The notes beneath the pieces were generated by a model. The model ran no database searches. It was given only the letters and a program-made list of their open reading frames with translations, and was not told the origin of the DNA. Shown here piece after piece: positions 12,101-21,631 of a stretch of 64,000 bases of DNA. Numbering within the stretch: position 1 is the first letter of the stretch; each line of letters opens with the position of its first letter. Source of the DNA: a virus. The stretch lies in IMG/VR virus record IMGVR_UViG_3300030099_008032, positions 4,583 through 68,582 of that record; one strand, written 5' to 3'. The position numbers were made by a program, and so were the translations under genes.

Positions 12101-15100
12101 GTCAACTACAAAGAGAATCCATTGACTGATAGATTTAGGGCAGCCTCAATTACGATACACAATGCACTAAGACCAAACCCAGACTTTGAACAAAGAATCG
12201 TCGCACAGGCCCAATTGCTAGAATTCGGCCTAAATGTAGACCCAAATGACCCGAACTCATTTCCAATTATGGATACTGCTCCGATAGCAATACAACAAAT
12301 CAGAAATTCTAGATGGTGGTCTGACGCACTTTATTATGAAAGTTTAGACGAGTCTGATGAGAACGTCGACTTATCTTACTCGATTAGCCCCCTAGAGCGC
12401 CAACGAACGAGAATAAGTGACCCTGAAAGTTATTTGCAAAATGTTACCATTAGAAAAACATTCCAAAATGATATCAGTATGTTTTCAAATATGCAAATAC
12501 AAATAGACCAGAACTTAAAAGATAGAATTGAAAATAGCAACTTCTTTGATTTTATTTCACAACTTGAAGTAGAAAACCAGATAAAAGACAACAAGCTCAT
12601 TGAGGTAAACTATATCGAAAAGATATACCCAAGAGAAATTAACACTTTTACAAAAAATGTAAGAACAAGAGAATATTTTGATTATTTTCCATGGAAAAGT
12701 GCCAGGACAAATAGAAACATAGTCCTTACTGGTAGCGTATCCTATAGTTCGGACTTCGCTGCACTCAGACTTGCGTCTTTGAAAGCATTTCCTAGGATTA
12801 CGGTCGAATCGGGAGACAAGAAAAAGACAACATATTTGGAAAGGTATGATGCTGTTGATGTTTCTCATATTGGCTCTAAGACTGGTCCTGTCGTCGAAGA
12901 CAGAATCAGCGGGTCAGCATGGCCCTTAGACTCCAGAAAAGACTTCTCGCAACAGCCTACAAACATAGCATCTGGCTTTGTAAACACGGGTCCAGGCTTT
13001 ATCAAGTCAAGGGACCAGGCAACGAGGCATGAAGGAATTCTACAGAATGACTTTAGTACATGGCCCCTGGGATATAATGGCCTATATGGCACTCCGCCAT
13101 TTTCTCTGGTTTACAACAGGAGAATACCGCAAGAGCACTCCTCTAAAGTTTTGCTTTCTGGTGAAGCAATGTGGGAGGCCGCAACGTCAAGCCACAGTCC
13201 TTTTCATTATGATAACTATGTGGATTATGCGCATCACGATATTCGACTCGTGGGCCAAGACCACTCAATAGTGCCAGAATTTAGAATCAGCGAATTCGTA
13301 GAAGATATTTTGCTTGGTGAGAGGGATTACCCAAACATAGGAAATGATTATCTATCTTTAACTGGTGCCATATATCATAATTCTTCAGGAGATTTAAATG
13401 TAGGGGGTCAATTTTTTAAAACATATTCTAACAGCGACTTTTTAAAATACTTCAAAGACTATGATGAAGAAATAGCAGACTTGCCGTTCTCACATACAAG
13501 AATTAATTTCCGGTGTGTCGCAGCGATGAAGTTTATACCATATGATGGTCTGTATCCAGCAGAAAGAACAGTAAAGCTTGCGACGATGTTTTCTGAAAAT
13601 TATTTACCACAAAGAACTCTTTTGGGTGCGGAATTCCGAGAAAATGCTCTTGCTGACGTCGACGTCAGCAAGACTTACCTATCGTTAAGGGCTAACTCTT
13701 GTAAGTACCAGGCTAGTAAGCCATTCTTTGGCCCTGGCGTACTCTACAACTCGATTAAAGCAGGAGTGGCAGTAGATTACCCAGTTTTCCAGGCATCCTT
13801 TGCAAATGTGTCAAATTTACCCGCAGCCGCACCACTTCGAGATTATTCAGCACTTAATTTAAATTCAGGAGTAGCTTTTACTGGCTCTATCCTCAACAGT
13901 ACTAAAGACTGCGGAATTCCTAGAATAAAAAGTACGGTTACAAAAAGAATTGAATTTGAAGATATATTAAGTCCAGCCAGATTGCACGGAGAGTTGATTT
14001 ATGACAACGAGCCTCACCCAAGCGCCAGTTTAATATATGGCAATAAGCACTGGGAGAAGATTATAGAAAGACCAACGTCTTTTGGAAGATTTAATTTAGA
14101 CCAACTAGTTCGAACGCTGGGTATAGTCCACCGTAACCCCGAAGAAGATTTCGCAATGCAAATGGCACCATATACAATGGCTATGCAAAATTTTGCATCA
14201 GAGACAGTAAACTTTTTTGTTGATAATGGCAAATTAACAACTATGGTGTCAAAACCTGTTAATAGGTTTTTCAAACAAGGCACAAATCATAAAATGCGAG
14301 TGTATTTAACAAACGTAGAGACAATGATGTATGACAGACACTCTGCTTTTGGTCCACCGGTTCATGACGGGTCAACTTCTAAAACAAACGTTCAAAATAC
14401 ATCAGCAGGCACTGCCGAATCAACAACGATAACATTCAACAATCCGGCTACCTTCAGCTTAAATACTATAACAAGCGAAGACAATCTGCCAAGGATAACG
14501 ATTGTCGACGGTTTAGACAATAGTGCAGAGGTCTTTTTGTTTGAAAATGGAACTTCAGCCGGCACAAACACTACAAATCGTATATTCATTGATACTAGTA
14601 GTGCTTCTGCCGCCGACGTTGCAGCCTCTATGAGGACTTTCTTGTTGGCTTCTAGCTTGGACGTTACAGCAACCGTTAACGGTTCGGGGGCTATAACAAT
14701 CGCCCTTGCATCCCCGGGTAAGTCTATATCAAATTCAGTAGCTCTGAGAAATGGTAATTTAGGCTCAGCCGGAACAATCACAGTTTCAAATTTCGGTGCG
14801 GTAGATATTACTAACAACTCATCATTTGGGTTTAGCGGCGACGTAGCCGGAACACAGTTCTCGACATCTGTTAAATTCAGCACTAGTTTAGTAAACGCCA
14901 AATCGGGCCTCAGTGCGCTATGCCCAGCAAGTGCAGCTGCCTATCCAAGTTTGAAAGTAGTAGACGAAGCAAGTAATCAGAAGACTATTAGGTTTTATAA
15001 TTCTGCCGCTGGAGGCCCGTGTACTCACGGTGAACCAACTGTGTCAAATGTAATTTATATAGATTTAGATGGAATCAGTGGAAGCTCAAGTATCGCAAAT

Positions 15101-17434
15101 GAAGTGATTACTGCCTTAACCGGACAGGGGCTCGGCATGACCTTCGCTGCAGGGTCAAACCCTGGAGAGGTTGTTTTTACTTTGTCCGGGGTGGGTACCC
15201 CATCAAATGCGGAACTCATCGCTGCAAATGGAGCTTTGAATGATGGTTCAAACAATAGAGTTATAGCTGATTCTTCAATTACTGCGTTCTCTGGCACGCC
15301 AGTGGGGACTGGAACAGAACAAATACAATTTAGAGCAGCATCGGTGTACTTTAGTGAACTGGAAAAAATAAATATCGCGGCTAATTTGCCAAAAATAGTT
15401 ATAACTGACCATGCTGGCACCTCAAGAACATATAAATTCCGCGCATCGACAAGAAGCTATGCAGCCGAGACTGGTACAACTTTCTTTGCCGTAACATCTT
15501 CATGGACGGCCCCCCAAGTGGCGTCAAACTTTGCAAGCACCGTAAATACGGATATATCAGGCGGAAACATAAATTTAGCAACTACAGGCGTATCTACTGA
15601 CACGGTGACATTGACCCTAAATGTAGCCGGCGCCTCGACTTCGGACGCAATAGTGGTTTCTGACGGTACCGTTCCAGGTACAATCGTCACTGGCGGAAGT
15701 GTAATCGCAGAATCAAACCCAGGCTTCAGTGTTGGTAACGACCCAGATTCTTCTGATTTTGCAAATGACTCAACAGTAGATACTGATGAGTGTACTCACG
15801 GATATATGCCATATGTTCCGCCTTTCTTAGATGCAGGCGCAGAACCATATGTTGAAGTAACTTTTACACCAAGTAGAAGCGCTAATTATACAGCAAAAGA
15901 AATTATAGAAGAATGTGCCTTTTCTTATAGTAACTTTAAAGAGCAGCCAAGTAATCCTGGACAAAATACAAATTACATTAATTCAATGTCCTTATCAGCG
16001 TCATTAAATCTTGGAATGGCAGTGACTTTGAGAACGGACAATGAGTCTTATGATTACGTTAAGAACCCGAACACTAATTTGTTTGAAAAGCAAAACATTG
16101 TTCCGTTTGCCGGAGACCCCAATAATAAGCTGTCTAGGTGGGTGATACAATCCAAATGGGAGACACCAGTTCTTGACTTTTTAAACGTAACATCTTCGGC
16201 TTTAGACCTGGACACCAACTCTGTAAGAGAAGTCAGCGGCTCTCCGTGGAAAGAGAGGTATTGGGATGTTTATTATAAGAAAAACTTTGAAAGACAGAAC
16301 CAAACTAGTGGAAACTTTCTTACTTCATCGACTGGAATGTGGCACCAAAAAGGAGAGGTGGTTAACACAGCCGCGCTCCAAGAAAAACAAAAAGGTTACT
16401 TTTTAAGAATAGAGGACGTAGAAACAGGAGATTCCTCAGGCCTCGCAACAATAATGGGATTCAATGAGCCTGTAGATGAAGAAGAAAGAGAGCAGAAGTC
16501 TCTAAATCTGCCAATTGCTCCGGAAACGCGTAATAGAATAGGCCCAGTCGAGGACAAAAAGCTAGTAAAAGAAGCAGTAGTGGCAATACCTTATGTTTTT
16601 ATGAAAGAGAAAGACGACCCTGTTCAATTTGTTAATTTTAGACCAGGGTTCTATAGAATGGCCTTAGAATCTAGAGAAAGAAAAATTACAGACTTGAATA
16701 ATCTGCTTTTGTCTAACCAGGTTTCCACAAGAGAGGAGGTCGCAGCACAAAGAAGGTTGTATCAAATTTTGGAGTCTAGCCCAATGAGTGACTCACCAGT
16801 AAATGCAATAGAGTATCAACTTAATATGATGGACGAATTTGTCCTACCGCCTCAGCTGGATTTTAGAGTAACAGGTGAAAGTCCATATATGATGTACTTT
16901 TTTCAGTTCCATGCAGAGTTTGATATTGACGATGTTTCAAATGTCTGGCAAAACTTATCACCTGTTTCTGCCGGCTCGACGGCTTCACCAAGATATACAA
17001 GCAGCTCAAAGTCATTTAACAACAGAGACAACACAACACTGTTTGATGTTTCATACGTCAGTCACTATCTAGACACAGTAGAGCTCAATGGTCTTGAGTT
17101 GTCCCCAGTAAGTGATTATAGGAGTCTTTTTTCTCCAGATAGTGGCGCCAAGCATGAAACTCGTTGGCTGATTTTTAAAGTTAAACAAAGAGCGGAGCAC
17201 AATTTTGAAAAAATAAGACTGAAATCAATTGACAGCCGCATTCACAACATAGAGGGTGGGATACAATATATAAAATCTTCAAAAGACTCCAAAATAAACC
17301 AAGAACAGTTGAAAAATGTTCCAGGCTTGCAGGATGGCCACCTTCACTTTAACTGGCCATATGATTACTTTTCCTTTGTAGAGCTAATTAAATTAGAGAC
17401 CAAGATTGATACATTCAACAATAGGCAAAAGTAG
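6113..17434 (+). CDS. Giant (3773 aa) baseplate wedge protein, gp7/P2 gpI-like, with a LamG domain and 5 inserted modules
   Basis: LamG-like segment ('TLEFWMKK...FHHYAIS...FYVDG...LDEVRFW...YYKFNEG...DYSG') at about 6640-7315. 'IYKTKGTFQSFRNLMRCFG' resembles the KGT motif of gpI/gp7. Lies after gp6. Confidence 0.7.
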   Translation: MNNKEKNLQDLKRKEKTFLQHSNVRQSAESSKRYNSVLESPEYALAYKKINERIFPNFNIRNPSTFAKYGNAKKYYENSYKNIHNSYPYDGSGLEKINWSLSASAVDLAILQHEYPLETGHVTFCSSGWGTVSATDGRYSLPSNPEYIKFSGGPYANTVIDSNTNRESSLKIDPSSGNTLEFWMKKSNFESTLTQNEVIFDSYTIDFPEGNNSHGRFLLELAPNEGSSGKSPFFFTYLSGNVGLDRVRIGEGLNNSAVADGKFHHYAISVDYRENSIYVDFYVDGFFNSKNVVSSVPSFGPVEGYFEGALGALATPKDSLGGLGYGKLSASLDEVRFWKTKRNAEEIGNYYDFPVHGATDEENISSNLGIYYKFNEGTVGNTNTDKIILDYSGRLNNGTFVGYAATARSADSAITLSDATQQKEPGDPIINPLNPKVKSTLNELVDLAFSYDLNNSNSIMNSLPTWTREKTSNSVSNDSDFEILMQVVAERFDSIWMIIDQLPSIGFTQYRDFVYGKASIDHRRNFSCLVGCEKDFVHASHGLNSFDNFSVQNLMGRGFSVDEMPLVNKSSLNEYFNNLRLDQYDQSSNQFSNLLYSKIDAIKDKILNSVYVNLSNIYKTKGTFQSFRNLMRCFGVDERLLIPNIYGQNVEKDISASKGKNYESLEIKSFSFSNKNRAATLVPKSNSSEEKKFIEGQSTPVEYTIETKAILPKLTDITLTQTTSSIFGIRDVQSPSGLASSVNTAGVTVESVKSSGTNKGAYFMLKSKAGLFADIKTEYFKDVFNNTPWYLAVKFCEDEDLSFQKANTSTVKKYKVEFSGYRYDTDVLLQSFNHSASISQANYNTFSAKHKGVYCGAERANLTGDVVQNAESRMLYLNFWTSKISEDDSKIHAQNIKSVGLSNPMDYNLPKEDRQTQLDTLAFSWQFDNPTRSSTTYSIQDASGGSLDKISEYGNINGAKYPAETIGVVDVGSFSDTEHITTVTEYQIDNLKSESMVELKEREVDRFLLSSRPVTYLFTYEKSMYQVISKEMLNMIGGVIAYNKLIGEPINKYRPEYKNLEKLRDKFFANVENDISLERFVRYFKWIDSSLGSMLESLQPATSQMDMTLKDIVESHSLERNKYKHQLPQFDYKDPDLEGQILAINELLYDWEHGHAPVGGSFAEGARASATITTTGNPSNNEEFTLTDGDLLSVTYIFKTAVSTVDGSKDSGKVIIGIKNATGHAASVGDRMRAALIASDLNATVEEVSAGVMKLTQNTKGSNGNTEIDMSSVTTVTATNFSGGITPADESDNCLWWRDRAERTEALSITGAPNSLREEIRTKTNNISVSGSTYVLRKLIRPYIFTSDRQRVYNLGSNRNSNKNKQLYKVVNTGKNIEIEKTDIFEFKQCGDIIDPHSEKIYTAKTNTTGTKGYLDADADMIFPFTLYSSSVGSDFSNFKEKMIITNNHDDHTESLQSAWAFSHNGMPHRRVKVGTPPGDDRPEAYNIDATASKFIISQASGPRSIASIGPTPSSAYHIGNIKTNRESIPIVLGNYDKVYEIVQTHGRHLNNRYLTKSGSFDITPITPSRVYGSTDYTPVERFRSEHVFVNRFSALGAPENSGMYTRDLETEEYSIYNTINYRNQLVRGISNLLSAEYSEKFGYRTLPVALAATGTITTTGNPGNNEEFTLTDADGLSVIYIFKTGVATVDGSKDSGKVIIGLNGASGHAPSVGDRIRAAISASDLNVTVEEVSGGVMKLTQNTKGSSGNTEIDMSSVATTTSTNFSSGRDLTMASTHMTNRNYFHYTASGGELSRPDNFFVQHPIPQNDFSYSWITASAEDDKHSFVNRNDGFGHEHNFHTSSKPGITFLSSSQRVENLDFARTNFNIIDNVLTGSNFISSSLNTYNLNDILLNRNGPYGWPTWKQLRNSWNPLVIKHMRNNIYSRTFYGIEDEDFEGQQPFSAQSKTPSMNAMMNMPNFAREFHNSDDPYVASTEVNKREDLISRSGPAQRRVSVNYKENPLTDRFRAASITIHNALRPNPDFEQRIVAQAQLLEFGLNVDPNDPNSFPIMDTAPIAIQQIRNSRWWSDALYYESLDESDENVDLSYSISPLERQRTRISDPESYLQNVTIRKTFQNDISMFSNMQIQIDQNLKDRIENSNFFDFISQLEVENQIKDNKLIEVNYIEKIYPREINTFTKNVRTREYFDYFPWKSARTNRNIVLTGSVSYSSDFAALRLASLKAFPRITVESGDKKKTTYLERYDAVDVSHIGSKTGPVVEDRISGSAWPLDSRKDFSQQPTNIASGFVNTGPGFIKSRDQATRHEGILQNDFSTWPLGYNGLYGTPPFSLVYNRRIPQEHSSKVLLSGEAMWEAATSSHSPFHYDNYVDYAHHDIRLVGQDHSIVPEFRISEFVEDILLGERDYPNIGNDYLSLTGAIYHNSSGDLNVGGQFFKTYSNSDFLKYFKDYDEEIADLPFSHTRINFRCVAAMKFIPYDGLYPAERTVKLATMFSENYLPQRTLLGAEFRENALADVDVSKTYLSLRANSCKYQASKPFFGPGVLYNSIKAGVAVDYPVFQASFANVSNLPAAAPLRDYSALNLNSGVAFTGSILNSTKDCGIPRIKSTVTKRIEFEDILSPARLHGELIYDNEPHPSASLIYGNKHWEKIIERPTSFGRFNLDQLVRTLGIVHRNPEEDFAMQMAPYTMAMQNFASETVNFFVDNGKLTTMVSKPVNRFFKQGTNHKMRVYLTNVETMMYDRHSAFGPPVHDGSTSKTNVQNTSAGTAESTTITFNNPATFSLNTITSEDNLPRITIVDGLDNSAEVFLFENGTSAGTNTTNRIFIDTSSASAADVAASMRTFLLASSLDVTATVNGSGAITIALASPGKSISNSVALRNGNLGSAGTITVSNFGAVDITNNSSFGFSGDVAGTQFSTSVKFSTSLVNAKSGLSALCPASAAAYPSLKVVDEASNQKTIRFYNSAAGGPCTHGEPTVSNVIYIDLDGISGSSSIANEVITALTGQGLGMTFAAGSNPGEVVFTLSGVGTPSNAELIAANGALNDGSNNRVIADSSITAFSGTPVGTGTEQIQFRAASVYFSELEKINIAANLPKIVITDHAGTSRTYKFRASTRSYAAETGTTFFAVTSSWTAPQVASNFASTVNTDISGGNINLATTGVSTDTVTLTLNVAGASTSDAIVVSDGTVPGTIVTGGSVIAESNPGFSVGNDPDSSDFANDSTVDTDECTHGYMPYVPPFLDAGAEPYVEVTFTPSRSANYTAKEIIEECAFSYSNFKEQPSNPGQNTNYINSMSLSASLNLGMAVTLRTDNESYDYVKNPNTNLFEKQNIVPFAGDPNNKLSRWVIQSKWETPVLDFLNVTSSALDLDTNSVREVSGSPWKERYWDVYYKKNFERQNQTSGNFLTSSTGMWHQKGEVVNTAALQEKQKGYFLRIEDVETGDSSGLATIMGFNEPVDEEEREQKSLNLPIAPETRNRIGPVEDKKLVKEAVVAIPYVFMKEKDDPVQFVNFRPGFYRMALESRERKITDLNNLLLSNQVSTREEVAAQRRLYQILESSPMSDSPVNAIEYQLNMMDEFVLPPQLDFRVTGESPYMMYFFQFHAEFDIDDVSNVWQNLSPVSAGSTASPRYTSSSKSFNNRDNTTLFDVSYVSHYLDTVELNGLELSPVSDYRSLFSPDSGAKHETRWLIFKVKQRAEHNFEKIRLKSIDSRIHNIEGGIQYIKSSKDSKINQEQLKNVPGLQDGHLHFNWPYDYFSFVELIKLETKIDTFNNRQK
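9608..9964 (+). repeat. Intragenic direct repeat, copy A (about 355 bp; encodes the shared module)
   Basis: 'ATITTTGNPSNNEEFTLTDGDLLSVTYIFKTAVSTVDGSKDSGKVIIG...VMKLTQNTKGSNGNTEIDMSSV...NFSGG' is nearly identical to copy B. Confidence 0.9.
11066..11419 (+). repeat. Intragenic direct repeat, copy B
   Basis: 'GTITTTGNPGNNEEFTLTDADGLSVIYIFKTGVATVDGSKDSGKVIIG...VMKLTQNTKGSSGNTEIDMSSV...NFSSG'. The DNA stretches 'ggtgttatgaagctaacacaaaatac' and 'aacactgaaatagatatgtcatcggt' are identical to copy A. Confidence 0.9.
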
Positions 17435-17443
17435 GAGGTTTTT

Positions 17444-18286
17444 GTGAGTTTTTTTGACAAACAACAAGAAGTGATTGATATAAAACTAACACAATTTGGA
17501 AAAAACCTCCTAAGCAGGGGAAAATTCAAGCCAGTTTTTTATCAATTTTTTGACGATGGGGTCCTGTATAACTCTGATTTTTGTGGAAATCCAGAAGAGC
17601 AAAATCGTTCAGAGGATAGAATTTTCGAGGCGCCACAGAGAAAAACACAACACCTAGCTTCATCCGTAGATGGAGGCTTCAATGATTTTGAATATGAATC
17701 ACCGGTTACAGACCCAGAAAAGGAACTAGCAGTGGTATCGCCAGAGACACATACAACTAACAAGATATTGAGATATCCACTTAGGAATTCAAGTATAGAT
17801 TCCCAAAACGCGCCTCAGTTTTATCTTGTTGCAACAGAAAACAAAATAGAATCCTCCAAAGACAAATATATAACTGAAGTTGGCTCTTTTGATGTGCCTC
17901 AAATAAATTTTTCTTCTTCTTATAATATTTCTAGAAACATTCATGACGCTATACCTGTGAATGAGGTTGCAAGTTCGGTAAGAGATTTTAGACGATATTT
18001 TGATTTGACATCTAGTAAAATAGTGTTTTTAAATAATAGCTTTATAGAAGTGTCCGGGGGAGATGTGTCGATAGAACTAGAGGAGTTAAACACTCTAAAT
18101 GTGTTAGAAAATTTTGAAATAGAAGTATTCGAGATACATGAAGTTGAAAATAGAGACACCAAAGAGTCTCTAACTAGGCTTTCCGAGACCAAAGTAAAAG
18201 AGCTTTTTGATATAAGCGTAGATAAAGAAGTTTCAAGCACAAGAATAACTGACCAAAGAAATAGTATATTTGACGGAGACCGCTAA
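17444..18286 (+). CDS. Virion protein; N-terminus paralogous to the 24973 ORF
   Basis: GTG start after a strong AGGAGGT SD. 'IDIKLTQFGKNLLSRGKFKPVFYQFFDDGVLY' resembles 'ILDAVLTDAGRQRMARGNFKITKFALGDEEINY'. Confidence 0.65.
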   Translation: MSFFDKQQEVIDIKLTQFGKNLLSRGKFKPVFYQFFDDGVLYNSDFCGNPEEQNRSEDRIFEAPQRKTQHLASSVDGGFNDFEYESPVTDPEKELAVVSPETHTTNKILRYPLRNSSIDSQNAPQFYLVATENKIESSKDKYITEVGSFDVPQINFSSSYNISRNIHDAIPVNEVASSVRDFRRYFDLTSSKIVFLNNSFIEVSGGDVSIELEELNTLNVLENFEIEVFEIHEVENRDTKESLTRLSETKVKELFDISVDKEVSSTRITDQRNSIFDGDR

Positions 18287-18289
18287 AAG

Positions 18290-21200
18290 ATGCCACAAAA
18301 CTTTGACTTCGAAGTGCCGTTCCCAGACTATAGTGTGGAGAGGATTGTTTTTGAAGAAAAAAAAGTAACCTTACTTTGTTCAATGATGAGACCTCGAAAC
18401 CAGAATAATTCAAGTTGGTTTTTATCGAGCAGGTTTCATCAATATATAAAGGTGTTTTTTGTAGTAAGCGAAAAGTTATCAGAAGAGCAGCTGATTAAAT
18501 ATAACTATCCGCAGTTCAGGGTTTCGGAGTGGTCATCAGCCTTAGAGGTGCCCCTTGAATCCTGGGAAGCTTGTACAGAAATTAACGAAGGTAGCAACGG
18601 CCGCCCAGCAATATTTGGAAGAACGATAACTAGCTTAGAAGAACTGGTACAACAAAAGCAGTTGCTTCAACAAAATTTATACGCATCTATTAACGATGAT
18701 GCAGTAACACAAGAGAATATCGTAGGTTCAATATCTAGTGACCACTATTTTGAAGTTGAGGTAGATTTCCCTTCTATAGAAAAATTAGACTTGGACGCTT
18801 ACAGTAGCTCTTCTCTTGACGTTTTTTCTTTTATGCATATAGATGTTGAAAGAATGAAAGAAGATTTCAACTTAGGTGTAAATGCTGGTGAGATTATTGG
18901 CATCGGCGGCCGCTTTAAGTACGACAAATGCTTGAGAAAAGTAGACGAAGATATGCCCAGCGAAAGACTAGAGGTCATCGAAAACGTAAATGCACTTTTC
19001 AGGGAAAACGGCAGTGCATATAGCGGCATGGCGCACTACCATAGAGACGAAGACGGCGAACGCGGCCCTGGTGGCTATGTTGGTTGGATGTCCGGACCCG
19101 GTCCCGGCCTCGGCTTTCCAGGGGTGGTAGAGGAGATGGAGAATAGAGAGAGGCTCACGGCGCGCCCAGTTAAGAATACAAAAGTTGTCTATAACCTTGT
19201 ACATAACCCGCTAGATTACACAGGTCAGTCGCTTTTGGGTAACAGAAATTTACAAAACACATACGACGGGTATGAGATTGGCCAATCTTTTGGCTTAGGT
19301 CTCTTGGCCCCCGTTAATACTCCTCATGTTTCCTTGGGAGAAGAGTTGATAGCCCACGTCCGCGCACAAATAGGCCAAATTGGCATGGTTGGAGATATAG
19401 GAACTTCAATATATAGAGAAAAATTAGAGAATGCCGCAATAGGCTCAATAAGAAATAGTAAATTTAGCGTGATGGATACTTCTGTCGACCCCGACCTTTT
19501 ATCTTCCTTGATAACAGAACCGTTTACCGACAGGACACATTACCTGTCTATAATGACGATTAATTGTGATGATGTGCTAATGCACAATTCTAGATTCGGT
19601 CACATATTCCGCAATATTATGGAAAATACACTACCTGAAATATCCAACCCAATCCTTGACGACATGATTGCGCTTTGTGAAATTTCCGATTTTACAGTAA
19701 AAAGAAGAAGAGTAACAAGAATGCCATTATCTAATAATTTTTCGTCAACGGGTAAAAGGGAAGAATACGACTCTGATGAGCCTAGAAAGTTAATGATTTA
19801 CTGCCCCGGCGATTCAGAGCCCGATAATGTACGAGCTGGCTTCTCAATAGCAACCAGAGAGAATCAAAGGTGCTCAATAAGTCAGTCGCAATCTCCAGAT
19901 AGGCTCAAAAGGGTGTACCAATTTAAAGATTATGACCTCTGGGAGAACATAGACTATGGAACTTACGAATACATAGTAAGCATCAACTTCAAAGACGGCG
20001 TAAGGGAATATCTTGTCAGTCTGTATCAGGAATATTCTCGTTTTCTTGCAGAATATTTAGACTTTGTAAAGGAGGCGTCAATACCATATTTGGACTACAG
20101 GAACTCAGACTACTACCAGGGTCATCAATTTGAAGACTTATTTGCTGAGCGCGTTGCCCAAAGGCAGTTTAGGAGTTCTGGAAATTATATAATTGGCCAA
20201 GATAGATTTACAAGAGAATTTGCACAAGCAAAAAACAGGGGGGACCTTCCTCCTCAATCGGTCGAAAATATTGTTAATGTATACCTGAGAACACTGATTA
20301 TACTTGGGATAACACCTTTTAGCCTTAGTCTTCTCGACCCAAACGCGGCCGTACAACAAGAAGACATGAGAACACTTTTGCTCGAAAAGCTCAAAGTAAA
20401 TAAAGCCACCTTAAAAACTTATGAATTTTTCTATGAACTCTTCTCTTACACATTAAAAGTTTTAGAGAAAGTCACATTTTTAAGAAAATACAGCAGATAC
20501 TCACAGCTGAACTTTGACAGCTCTTCAAAGTCTTTAAAATCAACCATTGACGTTCCTTCAAACCAAGTATCGCTAGAAGCTCCGTGCAATGCTTCGGTTA
20601 ATACTATTCCTAAAAATGCAATTTTAGTGGAACCAGCAATTCCAATAGTAGGAGATGTTGTTGAGATACCAGGGGCTTTTTCTCCCAACGCAGGTCTGGG
20701 TGCAGTATTTTCAATAAGAAATTTTCGCGGTGGCTTAAATTCAGATAATCCCAATTTTCGGGCAATAAGCGGCAACCGTATAGAAATTGTTTCCCCTGTT
20801 GAGGTTTTTGATGGTTCGGTTTCTAGGGCGGATGCAGAAGCAAGAATTTTCGCAGCAATAGAAGCATCAACAGTGGGCTCTATTGATATTCCTGGTAGAG
20901 AGCTTATGAGAGACCCTTTAAAGCTTTTCAATAACACCATGGCATCCCAGGGGGGCATCACCTTTGAATCTATGGCAACAAAGATTATGGTTATAAGGGA
21001 AGACGAGACGACAAGCGAGAAAAACAACCACATGAACGTAGACATGCAGAAAACTCTTTTAACAGAAATATTGAACTCTGAATCCGGTGAAGATTTTGAA
21101 AAGAGGATTGATGATGTGTATAAGGATTATTACTACACAAAGGAGGGTCTGGGGACCTTGTTTGATACAGTAAAGAGTGTTATGACGATTGCAAAAGTTT

Positions 21201-21604
21201 CACAAAAAATAAGCACAAAGTCTACGTTTAAGGATATAGTCATGTCCGGAGATACCGAGTCAGACTACAGGCACAATCAGCGCGACCGACGGAATTCCGC
21301 AAGAACATCAATTATGGATATTGGTTTTGTTTTAAGTAAGTATGTTATAGGCTCTGGCCTTCAAATCTCTGGGGCAGATTCAAATATTGGTATATATATT
21401 CCAGAATCCAAATTACCAGCCGGATTACATTTAGTTAATAAAATAGTAGTTTCCTCTGGTTCACTGAACGGTGCAGTAGCTCAAAGCAATTCCCCTACTC
21501 GACGGGCTTCAACAAGCGCAACCACCCCTACAGGCACAGGTGCACAAACATCTGGACGTACCACTAGTTCAAATTATGGAGGAGGAGGAGGTTCTAGTTA
21601 CTAA
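18290..21604 (+). CDS. Large hypothetical protein, probably virion-associated
   Basis: Intact 1104-aa ORF in the structural block, with a Ser/Thr/Gly-rich C-terminal tail. Confidence 0.55.
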   Translation: MPQNFDFEVPFPDYSVERIVFEEKKVTLLCSMMRPRNQNNSSWFLSSRFHQYIKVFFVVSEKLSEEQLIKYNYPQFRVSEWSSALEVPLESWEACTEINEGSNGRPAIFGRTITSLEELVQQKQLLQQNLYASINDDAVTQENIVGSISSDHYFEVEVDFPSIEKLDLDAYSSSSLDVFSFMHIDVERMKEDFNLGVNAGEIIGIGGRFKYDKCLRKVDEDMPSERLEVIENVNALFRENGSAYSGMAHYHRDEDGERGPGGYVGWMSGPGPGLGFPGVVEEMENRERLTARPVKNTKVVYNLVHNPLDYTGQSLLGNRNLQNTYDGYEIGQSFGLGLLAPVNTPHVSLGEELIAHVRAQIGQIGMVGDIGTSIYREKLENAAIGSIRNSKFSVMDTSVDPDLLSSLITEPFTDRTHYLSIMTINCDDVLMHNSRFGHIFRNIMENTLPEISNPILDDMIALCEISDFTVKRRRVTRMPLSNNFSSTGKREEYDSDEPRKLMIYCPGDSEPDNVRAGFSIATRENQRCSISQSQSPDRLKRVYQFKDYDLWENIDYGTYEYIVSINFKDGVREYLVSLYQEYSRFLAEYLDFVKEASIPYLDYRNSDYYQGHQFEDLFAERVAQRQFRSSGNYIIGQDRFTREFAQAKNRGDLPPQSVENIVNVYLRTLIILGITPFSLSLLDPNAAVQQEDMRTLLLEKLKVNKATLKTYEFFYELFSYTLKVLEKVTFLRKYSRYSQLNFDSSSKSLKSTIDVPSNQVSLEAPCNASVNTIPKNAILVEPAIPIVGDVVEIPGAFSPNAGLGAVFSIRNFRGGLNSDNPNFRAISGNRIEIVSPVEVFDGSVSRADAEARIFAAIEASTVGSIDIPGRELMRDPLKLFNNTMASQGGITFESMATKIMVIREDETTSEKNNHMNVDMQKTLLTEILNSESGEDFEKRIDDVYKDYYYTKEGLGTLFDTVKSVMTIAKVSQKISTKSTFKDIVMSGDTESDYRHNQRDRRNSARTSIMDIGFVLSKYVIGSGLQISGADSNIGIYIPESKLPAGLHLVNKIVVSSGSLNGAVAQSNSPTRRASTSATTPTGTGAQTSGRTTSSNYGGGGGSSY

Positions 21605-21631
21605 TAAGTAATTTTATCTAGATTTAAAACT

